From NCBI GenBank assembly GCA_046731995.1, contig JBKPMB010000294.1:1-25708 (forward strand): 25,708 nt of DNA, read 5' to 3'. Below the pieces are notes generated by a model. The model was not told the DNA's origin and made no database searches. It saw only the letters and a program-made list of their open reading frames with translations. Source of the stretch: Thermoproteota archaeon (GTDB lineage: Archaea; Thermoproteota; Nitrososphaeria; Nitrososphaerales; Nitrososphaeraceae). Shown here piece after piece: positions 14,939-22,441 of the stretch; within the stretch, counting starts at the first letter, position 1; the number at the start of each line of letters is the position of its first letter. The position numbers were made by a program, and so were the translations under genes.

Positions 14939-16555
14939 TCAGGCAAAGACTCTCTTACTTGCTGTCCAATATACTGTAAAACTACCAGGTGATGGTGGAG
15001 TTGTAAAGGTTACATCAAATGAAGATGAATTGATATTAGTAACCCTAGGAATACCACCTGATGTAGTGGATGGATTTACGGTGACAACTGTAGGCGTTAT
15101 ATCCAAGTTGTGATTGATTGTAAATGATGTATTTGACCCGTTACCAGTTAATGAAGCAGCACCTTCATTATTGGTACGATACCCTTCATTATCCCATACT
15201 CTAACATTTGAGTTGGGACCACTGAAGGTGTCTAAAACAAAAGTAGACCGCAAAATCGGATTGCATATTTGATTACCATGAAACATAATGTTAGCACACC
15301 CACCGAATATTCTGAATGCATAGTTGGATGTGTTTGCTTGGCTGTTGTCTTCTTGGTGAAAAAAGTTGCCGTGGACGTTCATGTTGTTGCATCCTTCTAC
15401 GTAACACAAGCCTCTATCACCACCTGTTCCATTACTGGCATTAGAATCTCGTAGTTGGTTGCAGCTCATAATTACCGGACCGCTGACATGTACCAGATGT
15501 ATCAAAGACCACTGACTGTTAGACATTACATTATTTTGGATATTTACCTGCTGAATGCTACCGTTAGCAGGATCGTTGTTAGGGTCTCCGTTTATCCACA
15601 ACCTGCAGTATTTCATAGCATTGTTTGAAAATATGATGTTCCTAAATGGAGTTCGTCTAAAACCACCAGTTGACCAGTTAGTTCCACCAAATAATACTGT
15701 ACCGCCTCTCATGGCATTGTTTGACATCACTATACGGTCGTATACCCCGCCTCTAGGCTCTACCGTGATAAAATCAGCACCGATGTCGGTATCCTGACGC
15801 ACAAACACATTTCCAGTTACGACGTAATTTTCGATACCACCCGATGTAAGACTGCTACCAAAAATGCTGCCGCCAATGCCTGCGGTGCGCTTATCAAAGA
15901 AGTTGTTTGTGACATATGCATGTTCTGTTGATCCGATTGCGACCTGATCTTGTAAACTCGTTTTATCAAACCAGCAACTATCAATCCATATTCCAAGCGT
16001 TTGGAAAGTATGACAGCCCACACCGTTATTGCCGGCGTTCATAAAATGGACTCTTTGTACCCAGTTTCTTGTAGGTGAACCATTATACAATTGACCGCCA
16101 GACAAACCTTGACCGTCAATAGTAAAGTCAGATGCGCTGCCATGTGTCCACCATCGCAACATAGTAAATGGCCTTGCCGCAGGATCGTGCTTTATCACTA
16201 CAGAATTCATAGACTCGCCCCTCAAAGTAATGAAAGCATCAGGGTATGTTTGCGAGCCAATCGCTCTTTCCGCGTTTAGTGTGTATGTTCCAGCCTTTAG
16301 ATAAACAAGCCCGCCTGCTTGTTGTACTGCATTGATTACTGAACCAAATAGCGATGTAGTTTCAGCAGATGTAGCTGGAGCTGATGCAGTTGAGCAGTAA
16401 AGTGGGCCTGTTATTCCGTTTACTGCATTCACTCTGCCACTATCGTCTATGTAAATTGTATAGGTTGGTACTTTGATAGAATTTGTGTCGACGCTACCAC
16501 GGCTACCAGTACCAAGCTCGTCAACATAATCATCAATGTCAGTTTTTGGCGGCAT
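14939..16555 (-). CDS. Right-handed parallel beta-helix protein (pectate-lyase-3 / tailspike-like N-terminal domain, PbH1 repeats, C-terminal beta-sandwich); no signal peptide
   Basis: VINAVQQAGGLVYLKAGTYTL is the pectate_lyase_3-type opening. Repeated NN-turn motifs are present: TNNFFDK, TGNVFVRQ, SNNAMRGG, SNNAMKYC, IQNNVMSNS, HGNFFHQ, HGNQICN. The C-terminus is SLTGNGSNTSFTINHNLDITPTVVTVNPSTTSGG...FDVTFTTPPSPGSFTVYW. The N-terminus MPPKTDIDDYVDELGTGS is hydrophilic. Confidence 0.85.
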   Translation of the reverse strand: MPPKTDIDDYVDELGTGSRGSVDTNSIKVPTYTIYIDDSGRVNAVNGITGPLYCSTASAPATSAETTSLFGSVINAVQQAGGLVYLKAGTYTLNAERAIGSQTYPDAFITLRGESMNSVVIKHDPAARPFTMLRWWTHGSASDFTIDGQGLSGGQLYNGSPTRNWVQRVHFMNAGNNGVGCHTFQTLGIWIDSCWFDKTSLQDQVAIGSTEHAYVTNNFFDKRTAGIGGSIFGSSLTSGGIENYVVTGNVFVRQDTDIGADFITVEPRGGVYDRIVMSNNAMRGGTVLFGGTNWSTGGFRRTPFRNIIFSNNAMKYCRLWINGDPNNDPANGSIQQVNIQNNVMSNSQWSLIHLVHVSGPVIMSCNQLRDSNASNGTGGDRGLCYVEGCNNMNVHGNFFHQEDNSQANTSNYAFRIFGGCANIMFHGNQICNPILRSTFVLDTFSGPNSNVRVWDNEGYRTNNEGAASLTGNGSNTSFTINHNLDITPTVVTVNPSTTSGGIPRVTNINSSSFDVTFTTPPSPGSFTVYWTASKRVFA

Positions 16556-16705
16556 TTACATGTGCCATTATATTCCCTTATCTATAGGTCTATGCTAATA
16601 CAACTATTTGAGGCGTCTAAGTATTACATTCTATCATAGACAGCACTAGTTGTGGTTACAATGGAGTCTTCAATAATCCCTTAATAAACTAGTATTCTAT
16701 TCTAA

Positions 16706-16836
16706 ACTATCTCCATCTAGTTTGATATTTTAAAGACGTATACTAAAGTGGAGATGATAGTACTGGTGGACAAGACGGCTCCAATTGTATTGCTGTAGTC
16801 AATGATGCTAATGCATGCCGAGAACAAGGAGCATAA
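16706..16836 (+). pseudogene. Truncated paralog of the 3939-4469 gene: promoter cassette (B3) plus an internally deleted coding stub
   Basis: 16706-16734 is identical to 3857-3885 (29 nt). 16750-16836 encodes GDDSTGGQDGSNCIAVVNDANACREQGA and a stop, versus ...DDQDADNCIVVLNDANACREQGQQ in the full gene. A 27-nt identical run gatgctaatgcatgccgagaacaagga occurs at 16804-16830 and 4110-4136. Confidence 0.6.
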
Positions 16837-16871
16837 TCAAAGCGATATCACTTTGGAATTGTTGCATACTT

Positions 16872-17648
16872 TCATTTCTCAATTATACCTACCACTATTC
16901 CAGTAGCTGTAGCGTTAGAGTGATCATATTTTGCATCTTTCGCAGCTACCCAGTCCACTTCTTGCCACTTGTATCCAGAAATTCGTTTAAGGTAGTATTG
17001 TTTATCAAACCTCAGTATACCTTTGCTCAATAAGTTGTCCATGTGAGGATTATATCCAAGGCCGATTATAACTAGAATCTGTCCCCCGGGACCTAAAATT
17101 CTCTTCAAGTTTTGAATTGCTCGGATAATCTTCGTAGGATCCTCTGGTATTTCACTCCAACCCACGTGCTCTAATACTAAAATACTCACAATTAGATCAT
17201 ATTGCTTGCCAGGATTAAAATCAACTACATCCTCATTGATGACGCCATCAGTAATTTCATACTTGTCTAAAATATCATGGTTGACCTTAAAAACATAAGG
17301 GAGAACATTACCTACTTCAAGAATTCTTTTATTTTGCCTCTGGTATCTTTTTACTACCTCCCAAACTATTGGTAATGCGACCAATCTCTCATTTTTCCAA
17401 CTTGGTGCTGCCATTTCGATTCTAGGATGGAAAAAGTAATGATATGTATTTCCTTGAAGCTGAAAAGTATCTGATGATTTAAATCTCTTATAATACCACA
17501 GCCAAAAGCGATCTGTAACCATTGTAATACCAATATGGAAAACACGATAAAGACCCTTAGTACGATAGGCTTCCATTGCTTCTGCCAAAAGTTGCCTGTA
17601 TCCTCTTGTTACTCGCGCAGGTTTGTAGAAATGCCGACTGGAACTCAT
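16872..17648 (-). CDS. Class I SAM-dependent methyltransferase-like protein
   Basis: The evidence is RILEVGNV (degenerate motif I), YDLIVSILVLEHV (motif II/III region) and LKRILGPGGQILVIIG (post-motif). It sits inside the glycan cluster, divergent from wecB. Confidence 0.65.
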   Translation of the reverse strand: MSSSRHFYKPARVTRGYRQLLAEAMEAYRTKGLYRVFHIGITMVTDRFWLWYYKRFKSSDTFQLQGNTYHYFFHPRIEMAAPSWKNERLVALPIVWEVVKRYQRQNKRILEVGNVLPYVFKVNHDILDKYEITDGVINEDVVDFNPGKQYDLIVSILVLEHVGWSEIPEDPTKIIRAIQNLKRILGPGGQILVIIGLGYNPHMDNLLSKGILRFDKQYYLKRISGYKWQEVDWVAAKDAKYDHSNATATGIVVGIIEK

Positions 17649-17733
17649 TTTAAACCGAGTCGATTACAAAAATATACTACAAGTTATACATTCATGATAT
17701 AAAACGATAATATTATAGCCTTGCAGTTTTTTG

Positions 17734-17749
17734 AAATATATAAAAAAAA
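17734..17749 (+). promoter_or_regulatory. TATA-like box (aaatatataaaaaaaa) centred about 27 nt upstream of the wecB ATG; implies a leaderless or near-leaderless mRNA
   Basis: The position relative to ATG 17768 matches the archaeal TATA-to-TSS spacing. There is no convincing Shine-Dalgarno at -6 to -10. The 119-bp divergent intergenic region is shared with the methyltransferase gene. Confidence 0.35.
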
Positions 17750-17767
17750 GGAGTATATATTTATATA

Positions 17768-18883
17768 ATGACTTTTGCAATAATAACCGGTACTAGACCA
17801 GAAATAATAAAGCTTTTCCCCATCATGAAATTGTTTTCTGAAAAAGCAGTTGATTATAAGTTTATTCACACGGGTCAGCACTTTGATTATGAATTGTCCC
17901 TCAAGTTTATCGAGGAATTTGGAATTCGTAAACCAGACTACAATATCGTACTAAAAAAATGTGCCGAACTACCTCAAGAACAACAAACTGCTGAAATTAT
18001 GATGAAAATTGGCTATATCTTTCGGAATGAATTTTTCCCCTCACTGATATTGATTGAAGGCGATACAAATAGCGTTCTAGCAAGTGCGTTAACGGCTATT
18101 AAAGCCAATATTCCTATTGCACACCTTGAAGCAGGCTTAAGAAGTAATGATTGGAAGTCATTTGAAGAACACAATCGACGCATTGTAGATTGTGTTGCTG
18201 ATATACTATTTGCTCCAACTAGCGAATCTGCAAATAACCTAAAGATAGAGCATGTTCATGGTGATGTGCACATAGTAGGAAATACTGTGATGGATGCTAT
18301 CAAGTTATGTCTGCGATCTGATGAGAATTGTAGTGATGACAATAACAATATTCTAAAATATATTGAATCAAAAATTAATAGTCACTTTGTCCTAGTAACT
18401 CTGCACAGGGCAGAGAATGTGGATAACCGAGATTTCCTAAGGCATGTATTGACTGCATTATCTAATTCAAAGCATAACTACGTTTTTCCTATGCATCCTC
18501 GAACTTCAAAGAGAATTCGAGAATTTGGATTAGAAAATCTTATAACAAAGCAAATTATAGTTACTAATCCGGTGGGTTATTTCGATTTTTTGAGGCTACT
18601 TAGAATGTGCATGTTTATAATTACTGACTCAGGTGGAGTGCAGGAAGAAATAACGTCCCCATCTATAAACAAACGTGCAATAGTGTTGCGTAAATATACT
18701 GAAAGACCGGAGTCGATTCAGACTGGTCATGCTATATTATGCAAAGCTGAAAAAAATGAAATTCTTTCTGCAATTAAAAAAATCCAAACGGCTACAGAGA
18801 TTGCTACATTTCAATCTCCATACGGTTCAGGAAACTCAGCAGAAAAAATAGCTTCAATTCTCGAAAAAACGTCTTACGTATAA
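17768..18883 (+). CDS. wecB: UDP-N-acetylglucosamine 2-epimerase (non-hydrolysing)
   Basis: The evidence is IITGTRPEIIKLFPIM, HTGQHFDYELS, GDTNSVLASALTAIKANIPIAHLEAGLRS, EEHNRRIVDCVADILFAPT, TLHRAENVD, HPRT and ITDSGGVQEE. Canonical family motifs occur along the full length. Confidence 0.92.
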   Translation: MTFAIITGTRPEIIKLFPIMKLFSEKAVDYKFIHTGQHFDYELSLKFIEEFGIRKPDYNIVLKKCAELPQEQQTAEIMMKIGYIFRNEFFPSLILIEGDTNSVLASALTAIKANIPIAHLEAGLRSNDWKSFEEHNRRIVDCVADILFAPTSESANNLKIEHVHGDVHIVGNTVMDAIKLCLRSDENCSDDNNNILKYIESKINSHFVLVTLHRAENVDNRDFLRHVLTALSNSKHNYVFPMHPRTSKRIREFGLENLITKQIIVTNPVGYFDFLRLLRMCMFIITDSGGVQEEITSPSINKRAIVLRKYTERPESIQTGHAILCKAEKNEILSAIKKIQTATEIATFQSPYGSGNSAEKIASILEKTSYV

Positions 18884-18899
18884 ATCCCAAAAGTGGGAT
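18884..18899 (+). terminator. Short hairpin (atccca-aaag-tgggat) immediately after the wecB stop
   Basis: A perfect 6-bp stem with a 4-nt loop starts 1 nt after taa 18881-18883. Its role is uncertain. Confidence 0.2.
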
Positions 18900-19241
18900 T
18901 ATAGATGTTCAGCGAAATTTTATCATCTTTAGAACAAATGCAACACATTCTTCAGTAACATGATATTGCACTATCATTTGGAGTCTATAGATAGCAAAAA
19001 TAATCAACTATTGATCTACAAACTTTGTTCTTGAGTTTGTTCCATCATAAATTGCAAACAATTTCCAACTGTGAGACAAATTTATAGTACAAATTAATTT
19101 TATTGATACTACCGCACATCAAGTTATTATGGTGTATAATCCTTTTCTTCCTCTCTTCGAGTCATTAAGAACCTAACTATCTTGGCTGCAATTTTCTACG
19201 CTAAACTAATTAACTGATTCATCAGGGTTAATTACGATTAA

Positions 19242-20201
19242 TCACTCATAGACAGAGGTATCGCCATGATCATCTTTATCGTGTTTGTATTTGGAAGGAA
19301 TTTTAACCTCCTTATAATTCATTTCCATTGATCTTTCACTATCTGTGAATCTTCTATAATTAGTAGTCTGTTTGTTTGTATTATGTAACGAACGTGCGTT
19401 CTTCCAAATTAAGAAAAGATCTCTTCCCATTGTTGTAGTTTGTTTAATGATGTCAATTTTTGATCCCTCATCATGACTCCACTTAATTGGTACCTCTTTG
19501 ATTCGTAATCCGTGTATAGAGGCAATCACTAATAGCTCAGAGTCAAAAGCAAATCCGGTAGTTTTAATCTCTGGTAGAATTTTTAATACTTCGTTTCTTC
19601 TAAGTATCTTCAATCCACACTGAGGATCGTAAATTTGCAATTCCGACAATAGTCTGAAAGCGCTAGAGTAGATATGTGAAAAAATTGCCCTAGTCATTGG
19701 TCTTTTAATTGGGGGAAGATTTCCACGCAATGCTCTAGAGCCCACCACAATGTCGTAGTTATCTATGTGATCAAGTAGTCTCTGAATTTCTGAAGGATCT
19801 GCTGATAAATCAGCGTCCATATAAGCAATATAATTGCCACTTGCCTTCCTAGTCGCATTCATTAGAGCTCCGCCTTTCCCCATTCGAGCCTTGAGCGATA
19901 TCAGTTTTATCCTATTATCTTCAGACTGGAAGTCATCTACAATTTTAGCTGTATTATCTACACTGCCATCTACTGCAACGAGTATTTCGAAATCCCATTG
20001 CTCTTCTATACAGTATTGCAGTGTTCTTGTTAGACATTTTCTTATTCTTTTTTCTTCATTGTATGCTGGTATAATTATGCTAATGCTCAAATCAGGATAT
20101 GTACTAGCATGTTTGTCAGTGTGGCTTTTTTTATTGGAAATACTATTATTTGTGAGATCATGTTCTTTTAGATGACGCCTTTTTAAGGGATCTTCTTCCA
20201 C
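19242..20201 (-). CDS. Glycosyltransferase family 2, dolichyl-phosphate hexosyltransferase-like
   Basis: The evidence is ISIIIPAYNEEKRIRKCL, FEILVAVDGSVDNTAKIV, YMDADLSADPSEIQRL and PQCGLKIL. The start is either GTG 20201 (with a basic, His-rich 37-aa extension) or TTG 20090 directly before the conserved core. Confidence 0.85.
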   Translation of the reverse strand: MEEDPLKRRHLKEHDLTNNSISNKKSHTDKHASTYPDLSISIIIPAYNEEKRIRKCLTRTLQYCIEEQWDFEILVAVDGSVDNTAKIVDDFQSEDNRIKLISLKARMGKGGALMNATRKASGNYIAYMDADLSADPSEIQRLLDHIDNYDIVVGSRALRGNLPPIKRPMTRAIFSHIYSSAFRLLSELQIYDPQCGLKILRRNEVLKILPEIKTTGFAFDSELLVIASIHGLRIKEVPIKWSHDEGSKIDIIKQTTTMGRDLFLIWKNARSLHNTNKQTTNYRRFTDSERSMEMNYKEVKIPSKYKHDKDDHGDTSVYE

Positions 20202-20390
20202 TTTGAAGTTTTTTATAATACTTGGTATATAAAAGAATTGTAAATTTGTAGCTATTTTTCGCCTTTTATGGGCGAATTATTTAAACATTTCCGATCTTAG
20301 GACTTGATGATAACTATGCTATAATCATTACATCTAGCGTTGTGAGCTATAAGAATATAACAAGAATAACCAAATGATAACAATTTTGCA

Positions 20391-21539
20391 TTATCGATTA
20401 TGCAAAAGTTTTATAATTTCTGTTAGCTGTTTTACTGAAATTTTATCCCAGTTTAGCATACTGGTAACCAAGGCTTTTGAGTTAGCGGCCAATGATTTCC
20501 GCTTTTCATCATCTGCAATGAGATTGGTAATAGACTTCGTCATTTGTTCCTTGTCACCTACTTCTACTTTAATTATGTCTTTACCAAAGATCTTGTATGC
20601 AGATAGATCATAACAAACAACTGCCAATTCACAAGCCATTGCTTCACTAACTGCTATACCCCACCCTTCTTCATAGCTTGGGGAAACAAATATTTTTGCA
20701 GATTTAATAGTAGCAATCTTTCGTTCTCCAAAAAGATAGCCGGTAAACGTTATATTTTTATCTAAAGCTTTATTTTTAACGGTTTTTACCAAATCAGAAT
20801 ATACTGGCCCATCACCAATAATTACGAGTTTTGCGTTTGGGAAGGATTTTAATACTTTTTCCCATATTGCAGGTAAATCATAAACTCCTTTTTTTTGATC
20901 TATTCTACCACAAAAACAAGCATCAAACTTTTTCCCATTTACTTTTACAGAATCTATAAGATTATGTTCTACTCCATTATCTGTTACAATGATTTTGTTA
21001 GCCTGAAACCCTTTGGCAATCAAGTCATTCTTTATGTCAGGATTTACTACAAAAATTAAGTCTGCCTTCTTACATAGAAATAAGCTCATCTTCTCATTTA
21101 TTAAGTTTATATTACTCCATATCCCTTGTTTATAAGTCCGAAAGGGTCTCAGTATGTGATGTACATAAACAACTAATCTGGATTTCAATCTTCTACATAA
21201 AATCAATGCAGGCAACACATCATAGAGCAGATGCGATGATGCTATAATCACATCTGGGCTTTGTTTGAATCTGAAAAGTGAACTCCGTAGAATTCGGAAC
21301 AGGTAGAATAGTGATTCTCTACTATGACCTCTTACTTCCTTTTCGTACGAAGAAAAATAAATATTGTAGTCATCAGCTGATAATAATATATTTTTAGAAA
21401 ACATGTAACCAGACTTGGGAATAATAACAGATACACTGTGCTCCTTATTCCATCTCTCCATCACATGTAATATGTGATATTCTCCGCCGGCAATCGTCTT
21501 TACGCCCCATCCATTAGCCATGACTAATATCCTGAACAC
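20391..21539 (-). CDS. Glycosyltransferase family 4 (GT-B, retaining type)
   Basis: FRILVMANGW...GGEYH is the N-terminal GT4 opening. SPSYEEGWGIAVSEAMACELAVVCYD is the E-x7-E motif. The GTG start at 21539 is preferred because the conserved RILV lies upstream of the first ATG. Confidence 0.85.
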   Translation of the reverse strand: MFRILVMANGWGVKTIAGGEYHILHVMERWNKEHSVSVIIPKSGYMFSKNILLSADDYNIYFSSYEKEVRGHSRESLFYLFRILRSSLFRFKQSPDVIIASSHLLYDVLPALILCRRLKSRLVVYVHHILRPFRTYKQGIWSNINLINEKMSLFLCKKADLIFVVNPDIKNDLIAKGFQANKIIVTDNGVEHNLIDSVKVNGKKFDACFCGRIDQKKGVYDLPAIWEKVLKSFPNAKLVIIGDGPVYSDLVKTVKNKALDKNITFTGYLFGERKIATIKSAKIFVSPSYEEGWGIAVSEAMACELAVVCYDLSAYKIFGKDIIKVEVGDKEQMTKSITNLIADDEKRKSLAANSKALVTSMLNWDKISVKQLTEIIKLLHNR

Positions 21540-21923
21540 GTTGAGGCTAGAGTATGAGTCCTTAATTATTATTCTTCTTAAAGATCCATTAAAAATTTAC
21601 CACAATATAATTTACCAAGATTTGAGAACATGGATATATATGAAGGAAACTGAAATTTCGTACCTTTTCTTGGTCTGATAACTAGCAATAGAATGCCATA
21701 ATTATAAAAATGCGAAAGGGAATAAAAATGGGGAAGAAAGGAGGAACTATCTTTATCATTCCCATCGTTTGTACTTTTTTACTACTTTTTGATGATATCA
21801 TGACAACCAGATTCGCGGTTATCAAAAGACGAGTAGATGTGCAAACTACTATTGATTGTGTAGCTTTGATTCTTCTACAATCATAGGTTTGATATATTTT
21901 TAGCCATTATCAAAACTTTATTA

Positions 21924-22277
21924 TCATTTAACCATTTTCCATCTTTTCTCTCTTAATAATTCAACTACTAAGCATGAGGTTCCAACTATCAATAACCAGT
22001 AACTAATTATAACTAGCGGATTTGCGGAATATTTCATGACTGTCAATACTCCTACAATAAACAGCAATAATATTGCAGAACCTAAAGGGATCCTACCATC
22101 AAATCTCAGAGTAGCAAAAATAGGGATGAGAATTATAAATATTAATAATGTAGTGATTTCGTTTTTTTGTAGAAGAAAGTATGATATAATAATAGACGCA
22201 GTTATCAGAATGAAAGGAATTGTTTTCTTAACAAATTTTTTGGATACCTGCATTATATGAATATCCATTAGCTCCAA
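21924..22277 (-). CDS. Small integral membrane protein (3-4 helices), function unknown
   Basis: The track ORF is 117 codons from TTG 22277. ATG 22268 or 22253 (MQVSKKFVKKTIPFILI...) are more plausible starts. Hydrophobic segments are separated by short loops, and the C-terminus is basic (REKRWKMVK). Confidence 0.5.
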   Translation of the reverse strand: MELMDIHIMQVSKKFVKKTIPFILITASIIISYFLLQKNEITTLLIFIILIPIFATLRFDGRIPLGSAILLLFIVGVLTVMKYSANPLVIISYWLLIVGTSCLVVELLREKRWKMVK

Positions 22278-22410
22278 TACAGCACCATCTTGATTTAAAG
22301 TATAACACTCTGCTTAAATTCGCTATTTCAGGATTTTCGAAGATTAAATGGGTTGTATCAATGGAAGCAGAGCCTACAAGTACTTAAAATATAACTAAAT
22401 TAGCTGTGCA

Positions 22411-22420
22411 TTATACTATA
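22411..22420 (+). promoter_or_regulatory. TATA-like box (ttatactata) centred about 26 nt upstream of ATG 22442
   Basis: The spacing is consistent with a leaderless transcript of the giant membrane-protein gene. Confidence 0.3.
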
Positions 22421-22441
22421 ACAAAAAGGGTTGACTAGGCT

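Noticed and set aside
16815-17033. 72-aa plus-strand ORF
   Set aside because: It starts inside the truncated paralog stub and then runs antisense through the 3' end of the methyltransferase gene, so it is an artefact.
20258-20276. Hairpin ttcgcc-ttttatg-ggcgaa between the GT4 and GT2 genes
   Set aside because: It is only a 6-bp stem in AT-rich intergenic DNA with no adjacent oligo-T on the transcribed (minus) strand. That is insufficient to call a terminator or regulatory element.
21710-21886. 58-codon ORF (MRKGIKMGKKGGTIFIIPIVCTFLLLFDD...) in the 21540-21923 gap
   Set aside because: It has one plausible TM helix and a basic N-terminus, so it could be a real small membrane protein. It is below the track threshold, has no recognisable family and has no supporting signal that I can verify. 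I left it uncalled.
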